Shown one piece after another: positions 1-8,674 of a stretch of 32,000 nucleotides of DNA. The DNA comes from Thaumarchaeota archaeon CSP1-1 (lineage in GTDB: Archaea > Thermoproteota > Nitrososphaeria > Nitrososphaerales > Nitrosopumilaceae). The notes beneath the pieces are model-generated. The model was not told the origin of the DNA, searched no databases, and was given only the letters and a program-made list of their open reading frames with translations. The stretch lies in the NCBI GenBank assembly GCA_001443365.1, contig LDXL01000006.1, positions 87,387 to 119,386 of the forward strand, in the 5' to 3' direction. The first letter of the stretch is position 1. The number at the start of each line of letters is the position of its first letter. The translations under genes and the position numbers were made by a program.

Positions 1-411
1 TATGATATTGATTTATCAGGAAAAAATGTTGTTATTATTAACAGAAGCAATCTCATTGGAAAACCTCTGTATCATATGCTATTGGAAAAAAATGCTACAG
101 TAATTACCTGTCATTCAAAGACTAAAAACCTTAAAGAAATTTGTCAAAGCGCAGACATTGTCATTTCAGCTGTTGGAGACAGATCAAAATTTGTTCTAAC
201 TCCAGAAATGATAAAGAAAGATGCAATTGTCATTGACGTTGCAATATCCCATCACGATGGAAAATTAGTTGGAGATGCTGATTATGAAAAAATCATTGAA
301 AAAGCTTCGTATGTAACGCCTGTTCCTGGAGGAGTTGGACCCATGACTGTAGCCATGCTACTTAAAAATACTATAACTGCTGCATCATTAAGTAAGGGTC
401 TTGGACACTAG
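1..411 (+). CDS. folD: Bifunctional methylenetetrahydrofolate dehydrogenase/cyclohydrolase FolD, C-terminal part (5' end outside window)
   Basis: Frame 1 is open from base 1 (YDIDLSGKNVVIINRSNLIGKPLYHMLL...). The C-terminal FolD signature ...VTPVPGGVGPMTVAMLLKNT is present. The ORF-track start at 76 is an internal Met. Confidence 0.9.
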   Translation, partial: YDIDLSGKNVVIINRSNLIGKPLYHMLLEKNATVITCHSKTKNLKEICQSADIVISAVGDRSKFVLTPEMIKKDAIVIDVAISHHDGKLVGDADYEKIIEKASYVTPVPGGVGPMTVAMLLKNTITAASLSKGLGH

Positions 412-970
412 TACCGAAAAATCAAGCCTTCGTAAGGTTTTGTTAGAAAGAAGAGATTTAACATCCTATGATTTTATCAAACTTGCAAGCCAAAAAATTC
501 ACAATAGATTAAAACAGATTGAAGTTTTTAGAAATGCAAAAAAGATTGCGTGTTATTTTCCAATAGGAAGTGAAGTGATGACTCAAGATATTATGCAAGA
601 ACTGCTTGGCAATGGTAAAGAGATTTGTTTGCCAAAAGTAGTTGGAGATGATTTGAATTTTAGAAAGATTGGAGGTTTGGGGGATTTAGAGAAAGGAGGA
701 TTTGGCATAATGGAACCAAAAGACAACTGTCCAATAGTAGAAGATATTGATGTTGTTTTGGTTCCTACAGTTGGAATTACTAAAAATGGAATCAGGTTGG
801 GATACGGATATGGGTACTATGACAGATTCCTCTCAAAGTCAAATACAAAAACAATATCCCTTACTTACTCTAAGCAAATCGTAAAATCAATTCCCTTTTC
901 TGAAAAAGACATTAAAATTGATTGGGTTGTTACAGAAGACGAATCTTTTGAAACGTCAAAGATGAGATAG
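401..970 (+). CDS. 5-formyltetrahydrofolate cyclo-ligase (MTHFS family)
   Basis: 189 aa with the family-typical C-terminal motif GIRLGYGYGYYDRFL and matching size. Overlaps the folD stop by 11 nt, suggesting co-transcription. Confidence 0.85.
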   Translation: MDTSTEKSSLRKVLLERRDLTSYDFIKLASQKIHNRLKQIEVFRNAKKIACYFPIGSEVMTQDIMQELLGNGKEICLPKVVGDDLNFRKIGGLGDLEKGGFGIMEPKDNCPIVEDIDVVLVPTVGITKNGIRLGYGYGYYDRFLSKSNTKTISLTYSKQIVKSIPFSEKDIKIDWVVTEDESFETSKMR

Positions 971-2218
971 GCCTTTTTTTCCAATATCAGTTCTGCAATA
1001 CTTGTTTGGCCAGTTTATCTTATTTGCAGCAGAGTATGCAACAGATATTGCCTGCTCCAATGAATTTCCAAGTGCAGTTACTCCTAAAACTCTACCACCG
1101 TTTGTCAATACTTTACCATTCTCTCTTTTGGTTCCTGCATGAAAAACAAATGCCCCCTCAGAGGAAAAATCAAGCCCAGTAATTTCTTCATTTTTTGGAT
1201 ATGCTTCTGGATATCCTTTTGAAGCTAATACAATACAGACTGCACTTTGATTTTTCCAATCAACTGGTCGTAAAGATGAAAGTGTTCCTTCAGTACTTGC
1301 CATTAAATAATCATACAAATCAGAATCCATTCGCATTATGATTGGTTGGCATTCTGGATCTCCCATACGAACATTAAATTCTAAGACATAAGGTTCGCCA
1401 TCTTTTATCATCACACCAGCGTAAAGAAATCCCTTAAAAGGAGTACCCTCACTTTTCATAGAATCAATTGTTTTATCAATGATTTTTTCCTGAATTTTTT
1501 TGGCCATAGATTCATTAATTATTGGAGTAGGAGAATACGCACCCATTCCTCCTGTGTTGGGCCCCATATCGTTGTCGTAGATTCTCTTGTGGTCTTGGCT
1601 TGTTGCCATTGGAATTGCAAAGTTTCCATCAGATAGGGAAATGTAAGAAGCTTCAACTCCGTCAATCCTTTCTTCAATAATTATCCTATTTCCTGCTTCA
1701 CCAAAAGTTTTCTTGACTAGTATTGTATTGACTGCAGAGAGAGCTTCTGCAGTACTGTTGCACACAATTACTCCTTTTCCTGCAGCAAGACCATCAGCTT
1801 TTATCACAACTGGATGATTAATTGATTTTACATACTCGATTGCTTTTTCTGGGTCATCAAAAATTTCAAATGATGCAGTGGGGATATCATTTCGCTTCAT
1901 AAAGTTTTTTGCCCAAATCTTACTTGATTCTAGCTGTGCTGCTTTTTGGGTAGGACCAAATATCTTCAAATTTTTTTTCCCAAAAGAATCAACAATGCCT
2001 AATGCAAGTGGGGATTCTGGACCAACTACAGTATAACAATTATTTTTTTGAGCAAACTCGGCAAGCTCATCGATTTTATCAACTTCTATAGGAATATTAT
2101 TTTCGGTTCCACCATTTCCTGGTGCAAAATATACTATGTCTACTTTAGGACTTTGTGATAACTTCCAACCCAAAGAGTGTTCACGGCCACCAGAACCTAC
2201 CATTAAAACATTAACCAA
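956..2218 (-). CDS. purD: Phosphoribosylamine-glycine ligase
   Basis: 420 aa. N-terminus MVNVLMVGSGGREHSLGWKL and ATP-grasp core (VVIKADGLAAGKGV, EFNVRMGDPE) are typical PurD. Confidence 0.95.
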   Translation of the reverse strand: MVNVLMVGSGGREHSLGWKLSQSPKVDIVYFAPGNGGTENNIPIEVDKIDELAEFAQKNNCYTVVGPESPLALGIVDSFGKKNLKIFGPTQKAAQLESSKIWAKNFMKRNDIPTASFEIFDDPEKAIEYVKSINHPVVIKADGLAAGKGVIVCNSTAEALSAVNTILVKKTFGEAGNRIIIEERIDGVEASYISLSDGNFAIPMATSQDHKRIYDNDMGPNTGGMGAYSPTPIINESMAKKIQEKIIDKTIDSMKSEGTPFKGFLYAGVMIKDGEPYVLEFNVRMGDPECQPIIMRMDSDLYDYLMASTEGTLSSLRPVDWKNQSAVCIVLASKGYPEAYPKNEEITGLDFSSEGAFVFHAGTKRENGKVLTNGGRVLGVTALGNSLEQAISVAYSAANKINWPNKYCRTDIGKKGLSHL

Positions 2219-2310
2219 TGACTTTTGTTTCTATGTCTATTATATAATCCAAGATTTAGTTTTGATAAAATGCAATTACTAAAGATTGAAAATTTCAAAA
2301 CTAATCTAGC

Positions 2311-2320
2311 TTTATAATAT
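2311..2320 (+). promoter_or_regulatory. TATA-like box (TTTATAATAT) upstream of ileS
   Basis: A/T box centred about 27 nt upstream of the ileS ATG at 2343. This geometry is expected for an archaeal promoter driving a leaderless or near-leaderless mRNA. Confidence 0.5.
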
Positions 2321-2342
2321 CAGGGTTCTACCAAAACGGTAG

Positions 2343-5300
2343 ATGCAGTTAGAAAAACAATTTGACTCAAAAAAAATTGAAAAAGAAATCAAAGATTATC
2401 TCTCAAATATCGATTTACACAAAATGATCTTTGAATCTTCGGAAAAAATTCATAAAATTATGTTCATTGAAGGGCCACCAACAATGAATGGAATTCCACA
2501 TGCAGGACATCTTAGAGGCCGAGTGATAAAGGATCTATGGTATCGATACATGACATTAAAAGGAAACAAGGTCGTATTCAATGCAGGGTGGGACACACAA
2601 GGACTTCCTATTGAGCTTCAGGCTGAAAAAGAATTAGGCGTATCAGGTGGAAAAACTGAAATCATAAAATCAATTGGAATTGAAAAGTTAGTTTCTGAAT
2701 GTAAAAAATTGGTTCAAAAATATAATGCAAAATGGGTTGAAGCTGATAACCTTCTTGGAATGTCATTTAACCAAAAAGATGCCTATTGGACTTTTAGAGA
2801 TGATTTTATTGAAAGGGAGTGGCAATTTCTTAGAAAAGCACATGAAAATGGCATTTTAGAAGAAGACTATACAGTAATTGCATACTGCCCAAGTTGCCAA
2901 ACTTCGTTGAGTCATGCAGAAGTAAATCAAGGATATGATATGGTAAAAGATCCATCCCTTTACTACAAGGTAAAGCTACAAGATGAAAATATTTTCTTAA
3001 TTGTATGGACAACAATGCCATTCACTCTTGTGACTGATGCGATGGTTGGTCTTAATCCTGAAGAAAATTATGTCTTTGTCAAAGTCAACGATGAAACTTG
3101 GATAGTTGGTGAAAAAAGACTAGAAGAATTAATGATTGAGATTAAAGTTGAAAATTATTCCAAACAAAAAACGGTTAAAGGAAAAGATCTTGAAGGCAAG
3201 AGATACATTCACCCACTATTGGGGCAAATTCCAGGACTTGATGAATGTGCTAAGGAATCAAACTATCACATTACAGTAGCTGAAGAATTTGTAGATGCAA
3301 ATACGGGAAGTGGGTTGGTTCATCTATCTCCTGCAAATGGAGAAGAAGACATTAAAATTGCAAACAAAAGAGGCGTTAGAATTTTCAATCCAATTGATGA
3401 TGAAGTCAAATTTAAAAAAGAGGCTGGAAAATACGAGGGTCTATTCGTTAGAGATGCTGATGAAAAAGTTGTAGAAGATCTTAGAGATGCAAATGCCCTA
3501 GTAAAAATTGGTAAAATTAAGCATAAGTATCCATTATGTTGGAGATCCCAGCACAAAATAGTCTGGCTTGCAAGAAAGGGTTGGTTTTACAAGCTTGACA
3601 GACTAGAAGACAAGGCAGTAAATGCAGCTGAAAGTGTAAACTATTTTTTTGACCAACCAAAGAATCGGTTTTTAGGGATTATCAAAGAAAAACATCCATG
3701 GTGTATTTCACGAGAGAGGTTTTGGGGATGCCCTCTTCCAATATGGGATTGCAAAGATTGTGGTAAACAGACCCTATTGTTTTCAAGAAAAGAAATTGTT
3801 GATGCAGCATCAAAACTTCCAGATGGACCAAATTTTGAATTACATAGACCGTGGATTGATAATGTTCTTGTAAAATGTGCAAAGTGTGGAAGTGTTAACA
3901 CTCATAGAGAAGAATACGTTCTTGACACTTGGCACAACAGTGGTTCTGCTCCATATTCCTCATTAACAAATGAAGAATATTCTAGCAGCATACCAGCACC
4001 ATTTCTAACAGAAGGAATAGATCAAACAAGAGGATGGGCTTATACACTATTAATTGAAAATGTAATTTTAAACAATGGACCTGTTCCTCCTTACAAGTCA
4101 TTTTTGTTTCAAGGACACGTTCTTGATAAGAATGGGAATAAAATGAGTAAAAGTTTAGGAAATGTAATTGATGCAAAGGAACTTTTAACAAAATATCCAG
4201 TTGACTTGATCAGATTTTACTTTATGTGGAAATCAAGTCCAATTGAGCCACTTAACTTTAGCACAGAAGAATTAATGTCAAGACCATATCAAGTGCTAAG
4301 TACACTTTACCATTTACACTTGTATTTTAAACAAAATAGTGAATACGATAAGTTTGATGAATCTAAAACGACTATACAATGGGCACAAACAAAAAACTTG
4401 TTGCAATCATCAGATATTTGGTTATTATCAAAACTACAGAAATTGATACAAGATTCTAATGACCTAAATGATAAATGTAAATTTCATGAAGCTGCAAGAG
4501 CGCTGGATGATTTTATCATAAATTCATTAAGCCAAATTTACATTCCAATTACTAGAGGAGAATTATGGGATGAAGAGGAGTCAAAAAAAGATAGGAGGTT
4601 TTCAATCTATGCTGTTTTGCATGAAATTTTAAAAACTCTAGATATTTTGTTACACCCATTATGTCCTTTCACCAGTGAATATCTTTATCAAACTACATTT
4701 GCAAAAAAGAAAAGTATTCTTTTGGATTCCTGGCCAAAAGTTCAAGAGTCATTAATTTCAGAAAACATTGAAGCGTCTTTTGATTTACTAAAAGAGGTAG
4801 TATCTGTTTCTGCTGCAGCTAGAATGAAAGGGAAGCTCAAAAGAAGATGGCCACTAAATGAAGCCCTCATTTGTATTAAAAAAAGTGAAAAAACAAAACT
4901 CGAATCACTTTCAGACCTACTAAAATCTCAGCTAAATGTAGAAAAATATACTATCTTTGAGATTGAAAATTTTGAAGGCCTAAAGCAAATAACTGAGATT
5001 GAGAAACTTAAACTTCCATGGTTACCAAAAATTGAATTAGATAGGAAAAAAATTGGTCCCAAAGCAAAACAACTCATGGGTGCATTATTGAAAAAATTCT
5101 CTGAAACCAATCCCATTGAAATAGTTTCTAGTTTACAAAAAGAGTCAAAATTTACCTTTGATATAGAGGGGAATAAAATTTCCTTAGAAAAGGATGACTT
5201 TGTAATTGATTTTGAAGCAAAAAAGGGATTTGCTGTTGCTAAAAGAGATACGTGTGTGGTGTTTATTTCAACAGAAAGAAATGCCGAAATGATGGCAAGA

Positions 5301-5546
5301 GGTCTAATCAAAGACCTTGCCCGAAGACTCCAGACCCTAAGAAAAGAGCGCGGGTATAATCCTACAGATATTTTGAACAAGGCATCCATACTTGATCTAG
5401 ATCCAGAATCATTAGAGATGGTCACACAAAAAGCACAGGAACTTGCATTCCTGGTGAGGGTAAAAGAGGTAAATTTCAAGGAATCTTGTAAATTGTACAA
5501 AGATGACGATATTGATGGTCAAAAGATAAGGATTTCAGTAGAGTAA
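2343..5546 (+). CDS. ileS: Isoleucyl-tRNA synthetase (archaeal type)
   Basis: 1067 aa class I aaRS with HIGH-type motif (PHAGH), KMSKS, the IleRS-typical GWDTQGLPIE and WCISRERFWGCPLPIW, and Cys clusters (CPSCQ, CKDCG...CAKCG). Confidence 0.9.
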   Translation: MQLEKQFDSKKIEKEIKDYLSNIDLHKMIFESSEKIHKIMFIEGPPTMNGIPHAGHLRGRVIKDLWYRYMTLKGNKVVFNAGWDTQGLPIELQAEKELGVSGGKTEIIKSIGIEKLVSECKKLVQKYNAKWVEADNLLGMSFNQKDAYWTFRDDFIEREWQFLRKAHENGILEEDYTVIAYCPSCQTSLSHAEVNQGYDMVKDPSLYYKVKLQDENIFLIVWTTMPFTLVTDAMVGLNPEENYVFVKVNDETWIVGEKRLEELMIEIKVENYSKQKTVKGKDLEGKRYIHPLLGQIPGLDECAKESNYHITVAEEFVDANTGSGLVHLSPANGEEDIKIANKRGVRIFNPIDDEVKFKKEAGKYEGLFVRDADEKVVEDLRDANALVKIGKIKHKYPLCWRSQHKIVWLARKGWFYKLDRLEDKAVNAAESVNYFFDQPKNRFLGIIKEKHPWCISRERFWGCPLPIWDCKDCGKQTLLFSRKEIVDAASKLPDGPNFELHRPWIDNVLVKCAKCGSVNTHREEYVLDTWHNSGSAPYSSLTNEEYSSSIPAPFLTEGIDQTRGWAYTLLIENVILNNGPVPPYKSFLFQGHVLDKNGNKMSKSLGNVIDAKELLTKYPVDLIRFYFMWKSSPIEPLNFSTEELMSRPYQVLSTLYHLHLYFKQNSEYDKFDESKTTIQWAQTKNLLQSSDIWLLSKLQKLIQDSNDLNDKCKFHEAARALDDFIINSLSQIYIPITRGELWDEEESKKDRRFSIYAVLHEILKTLDILLHPLCPFTSEYLYQTTFAKKKSILLDSWPKVQESLISENIEASFDLLKEVVSVSAAARMKGKLKRRWPLNEALICIKKSEKTKLESLSDLLKSQLNVEKYTIFEIENFEGLKQITEIEKLKLPWLPKIELDRKKIGPKAKQLMGALLKKFSETNPIEIVSSLQKESKFTFDIEGNKISLEKDDFVIDFEAKKGFAVAKRDTCVVFISTERNAEMMARGLIKDLARRLQTLRKERGYNPTDILNKASILDLDPESLEMVTQKAQELAFLVRVKEVNFKESCKLYKDDDIDGQKIRISVE

Positions 5547-5603
5547 TTGGTTAGCTTTTAGCGAATGAGGGATAATAAATAAGAAAATTGCGTAATTGTA
5601 GTA

Positions 5604-5933
5604 TTGGTAAAGCAGATCAGCCTTGACTCATGGCAGATACACCATTTATCAGAATTACTTCAGAAGGGATCACTGGTCGTTGCAAAAACTAACACGCCAA
5701 TAATACTTTATCGCCAAACACTAGAAGAAGAAGACAGTTCTTACGAGGAGATAGTATGTACATTGACAAAGGATTATGTAATTGAGCAGCTGGTAATATC
5801 AGGTGGAGTGCTCCCACCCAGTTTTCATCAGCAATTGGTTTTTACCCTAAGTGAGTTTCCAGATAGACTGCTTAGAAAAAGTCGGGATCTATTCTTACAA
5901 ACCGTTGATCTGCTTGAAGAGAATCTGAAATAA
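5604..5933 (+). CDS. Hypothetical protein (109 aa)
   Basis: Intact ORF with a TTG start. A TATA-like ATAATAAATA (5572-5581) lies about 28 nt upstream. No recognisable motif. Confidence 0.5.
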   Translation: MVKQISLDSWQIHHLSELLQKGSLVVAKTNTPIILYRQTLEEEDSSYEEIVCTLTKDYVIEQLVISGGVLPPSFHQQLVFTLSEFPDRLLRKSRDLFLQTVDLLEENLK

Positions 5934-5942
5934 CCATAACAG

Positions 5943-5950
5943 AATATAAG
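5943..5950 (+). promoter_or_regulatory. TATA-like box upstream of sucC
   Basis: AATATAAG is centred about 27 nt upstream of the ATG at 5973. Confidence 0.45.
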
Positions 5951-5969
5951 GACCAAAACTTGGAATTTT

Positions 5970-7085
5970 TTGATGCGTCTACTAGAGTATCAAGCAAAGC
6001 AATTATTTTCTGAGTTTGGGATAAAGATCCCAAAAGGCTTAACCTCAAAAGATGTTGAACAAGGACGAAAGGACGCAGAAGAATTAGGATTTCCGTTTGT
6101 TATTAAATCACAAGTTCCTGTTGGTGGAAGAGGAAAGGTTGGAGCCATACAAAAGTGTCACAATCAAGATGAATTTAATCTAAAATATCCACAGATCTTA
6201 GAAATGTCTGTCAAAGGGGAAAAAACCAGAGCCATTTTACTTGAAAAGATGGCAGAAATCAAAAAGGAATTGTATCTATCGTTATTTTTGAATAGAGGTA
6301 AACGTTGCTACACCATTATTGCTTCCTCAGAAGGTGGAGTTGAAATTGAATCCGTAAAAAATCAAGTAATACGTGAGGTGGGATTAGGAGATGTTGATAA
6401 ACAAGTAGCAGAAGAAGTGGCTAAAGAAATTGGTCTTAAAGGAAATTCTGTGACTGAATTTGTAGACATGTTGCAAAAACTATCAAGGCTTACAATAGAA
6501 AAAGAGGCAGAGCTTGCAGAGATTAATCCCGTTGCTGTCTTAAATGATGGGTCGTTGATTGCCTTAGATGGCAAAGTCATCACGGATGATAACTCGAACT
6601 TTAGACATGCAGAGCTGGAAAAATTTCAAGAGCGCTCTGAGCTTGAAGAGAGGGCAGAAAAAAGTGGCTTTACATTAATTGAACTTGATGGAAACATTGC
6701 AGTTATTGGAAACGGTGCGGGTCTTGTAATGTCAACTCTCGATATGCTTTCAGATAATGGTGGAAAGGCTGCATGCTTTCTTGATGTTGGTGGTGGTGCA
6801 ACACCTGAATCAGTATATGAAGCGCTTACATTAATTAGCAAAATAAAAAAAGTAAAAGGAATTCTTGTCAATCTCTTTGGAGGAATAGTAAAAACAACAA
6901 CTGTTGCATCTGCATTTATCAAAGCTTATGATGAAAAGCTAATTGACAAACCAGTTTTTGCAAGATTGATGGGAGCTGAATCCGATAAATCAAAAGAGAT
7001 GCTAAAAGAAACTAAGACAAAACTTTTTGATTCTGTTGAAGCAGCAATCAATGCTGCAGTAATGGAGGTTAGAAAGAGTGGCTAA
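5970..7085 (+). CDS. sucC: Succinate-CoA ligase (ADP-forming) beta subunit
   Basis: MRLLEYQAKQLFSEFGI... ATP-grasp N-terminus and a C-terminal CoA-ligase domain (NLFGGIVKTT). The true start is probably the ATG at 5973 rather than the TTG at 5970. Confidence 0.9.
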   Translation: MMRLLEYQAKQLFSEFGIKIPKGLTSKDVEQGRKDAEELGFPFVIKSQVPVGGRGKVGAIQKCHNQDEFNLKYPQILEMSVKGEKTRAILLEKMAEIKKELYLSLFLNRGKRCYTIIASSEGGVEIESVKNQVIREVGLGDVDKQVAEEVAKEIGLKGNSVTEFVDMLQKLSRLTIEKEAELAEINPVAVLNDGSLIALDGKVITDDNSNFRHAELEKFQERSELEERAEKSGFTLIELDGNIAVIGNGAGLVMSTLDMLSDNGGKAACFLDVGGGATPESVYEALTLISKIKKVKGILVNLFGGIVKTTTVASAFIKAYDEKLIDKPVFARLMGAESDKSKEMLKETKTKLFDSVEAAINAAVMEVRKSG

Positions 7086-7992
7086 TATTTTTGAATTGTT
7101 ACAAGGAAAAGAAGGAGATGCGGATTACAACAAAAAACCAGTGATTGTTCAAGGAATCACTGGAAAGTTTGGTTCACTTCATACAAAACTTATGCAAGAA
7201 TATGGAACAAACATTGTAGCAGGTGTTACTCCAGGAAAAGGGGGTCAGAAGTTTGAAAACATTCCAATTTACAATTCAGTAAAGGAAGCAGTAGATGCAA
7301 CGGGTTCTAAGATTTCCATTCTGTTTGTGCCTGCCAAGTTTTTTTTGGGTGCAGCTAAGGAAGCAATTGAAGCAGGAATTAAACTTCTAGTTGCAATTCC
7401 AGAACATGTTCCAGTTAGAGACTCTCTAATTATGCTTGATCTTGCTAAAAAAAATGATGTAATAATTATTGGTCCAAATACGCCAGGAATAATGATTCCA
7501 GAAATAATCAAGATTGGAATAATGCCCGCGAGTCCTTTCAAGTCAGGTGACATTGCACTTCTTTCAAAGAGTGGCACTTTGATGTATGAAGTTGCAAACA
7601 ACCTAACAGAAGCTGGTTTTGGCCAAACAATTACTTTAGGAATTGGTGGAGACCCCATTAATGGCACTAGGCTGATAGATGCATTTGAAATGGTAAAAGA
7701 TACCCCAAATCTAAAAGGAATGGTAGTTGTCGGTGAAATTGGCGGAGATGCAGAAGAGGTTTTAGCTCAAAGAATAATCGACAGTAATTTCAAAAAACCA
7801 ATTGTGGCATACATTGCAGGTAGAGCTGCTCCAAAAGAAAAAAGAATGGGTCATGCGGGAGCAATAGTTTATGGAAACTATGGCTCAGCAGAGTCAAAGA
7901 TATCCATGTTCAACAAGGCTAACATTCCTGTGGCTAAAAGACCAGGTGAAGTTGCAATGCTATTAGCTGGTAAGTTCGAAAAATCCGATTAA
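7078..7992 (+). CDS. sucD: Succinate-CoA ligase alpha subunit
   Basis: 304 aa with VQGITGKFGSLHTKLM, SKSGTLMYE and the phosphohistidine loop MGHAGAIV. GTG start overlaps the sucC end by 8 nt. Confidence 0.92.
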   Translation: MANIFELLQGKEGDADYNKKPVIVQGITGKFGSLHTKLMQEYGTNIVAGVTPGKGGQKFENIPIYNSVKEAVDATGSKISILFVPAKFFLGAAKEAIEAGIKLLVAIPEHVPVRDSLIMLDLAKKNDVIIIGPNTPGIMIPEIIKIGIMPASPFKSGDIALLSKSGTLMYEVANNLTEAGFGQTITLGIGGDPINGTRLIDAFEMVKDTPNLKGMVVVGEIGGDAEEVLAQRIIDSNFKKPIVAYIAGRAAPKEKRMGHAGAIVYGNYGSAESKISMFNKANIPVAKRPGEVAMLLAGKFEKSD

Positions 7993-8023
7993 ATTAAAAG
8001 TAAGTGTGAATGGAGAACAGGAA

Positions 8024-8191
8024 ATGCCAATTACAGACCCCGAAAAAAAACAACTAGCTCAAAAGGCACGTCTTCACATGAAGATTTGTTTTTATTGTGG
8101 TGCAAGAAATTCTATAGATGCTACGAGATGTAGAAAATGTCATAATAGCTACCTTAGATTGAAAAATAGAACACTTGGCATAAAGAAGTAG
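8024..8191 (+). CDS. rpl40e: 50S ribosomal protein L40e
   Basis: MPITDPEKKQLAQKARLHMKICFYCGARNSIDATRCRKCHNSYLRLKNR closely follows archaeal L40e, including the C4 zinc ribbon. The ORF-track GTG at 8006 is probably upstream of the real ATG at 8024. Confidence 0.9.
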   Translation: MPITDPEKKQLAQKARLHMKICFYCGARNSIDATRCRKCHNSYLRLKNRTLGIKK

Positions 8192-8242
8192 ATTTTATCT
8201 TAAACCTAAAGATACAAAAAGTTCCTATATTGTAAAAACATT

Positions 8243-8336
8243 GGACCGGTTGTCTAGTGGCTAGGATGACGCCCTCACACGGCGTAAAGATGTAAAAATC
8301 TCGCTAAGGTCATGGGTTCAAATCCCATCCGGTCCA
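8243..8336 (+). tRNA. tRNA-Val (anticodon CAC) with a ~21-nt intron in the variable-loop region
   Basis: Hand-folded cloverleaf. Acceptor GGACCGG/CCGGTCC. D arm GTCT-AGTGGCTA-GGAT. Anticodon arm ACGCC-CTCACAC-GGCGT. T arm ATGGG-TTCAAAT-CCCAT, discriminator A. There are 26 nt between the anticodon stem and the T stem instead of 5, so about 21 extra nt (roughly 8287-8307). Confidence 0.85.
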
Positions 8337-8387
8337 TTCAATTTTCAAAATGAAAGGTATACAAGATGTTAGTTTTAAAATGATTTT

Positions 8388-8645
8388 ATGCCAGAAGAAT
8401 GTGGGCACTTTAATCAGAAAAAAGAGGGAGTAACTCCAAAGACCAAAGGTTGTGAAGAGTGTGAAAAAGAAAAAATGCCATGGGTAGCTATACGACAATG
8501 CTTAACGTGCGGTCATGTAGGCTGTTGTGATTCTTCAGTTGGCCGTCATGCAACAAAGCATTTTGAAGAAACAGGACATCCTGTGATGATTGCGGTGCAA
8601 GATCACCCTTGGAAATGGTGTTATATCCACAAAGAATATTATTGA
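8388..8645 (+). CDS. UBP-type zinc-finger domain protein
   Basis: 85 aa with the Cys/His pattern CEECEK...W..LR.CLTCGHVGCCDSS..RHATKHFEETGHPV, typical of stand-alone Znf-UBP proteins. Confidence 0.75.
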   Translation: MPEECGHFNQKKEGVTPKTKGCEECEKEKMPWVAIRQCLTCGHVGCCDSSVGRHATKHFEETGHPVMIAVQDHPWKWCYIHKEYY

Positions 8646-8674
8646 TATTTCCAGGACATGTTATCTGAACTGAT

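Noticed and set aside
4928-5500. 190-aa ORF on the minus strand inside ileS, together with the smaller antisense ORFs at 2830-3021, 3320-3556, 3641-3901, 3682-3882 and 3982-4191
   Set aside because: All lie entirely antisense to a strongly supported aaRS gene. Their sequences are low-complexity and Ser/Phe/Leu-rich, as expected from the reverse complement of a Lys/Glu-rich gene, and they carry no motifs.
7269-7667. 132-aa antisense ORF within sucD, and the 6362-6583 and 6626-6922 ORFs within sucC
   Set aside because: These are shadow ORFs opposite well-supported genes, with no independent evidence.
8286-8311. Reading the 26-nt insert in the tRNA as a long variable arm (class II tRNA such as Leu or Ser)
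   Set aside because: The anticodon loop CTCACAC gives CAC (Val), a class I tRNA. The insert also folds better as an intron hairpin with bulges than as a variable arm.
8310-8498. 62-aa minus-strand ORF overlapping the tRNA-Val 3' end and the zinc-finger gene
   Set aside because: It overlaps a tRNA and lies antisense to a motif-bearing CDS. It is hydrophobic low-complexity sequence with no support.
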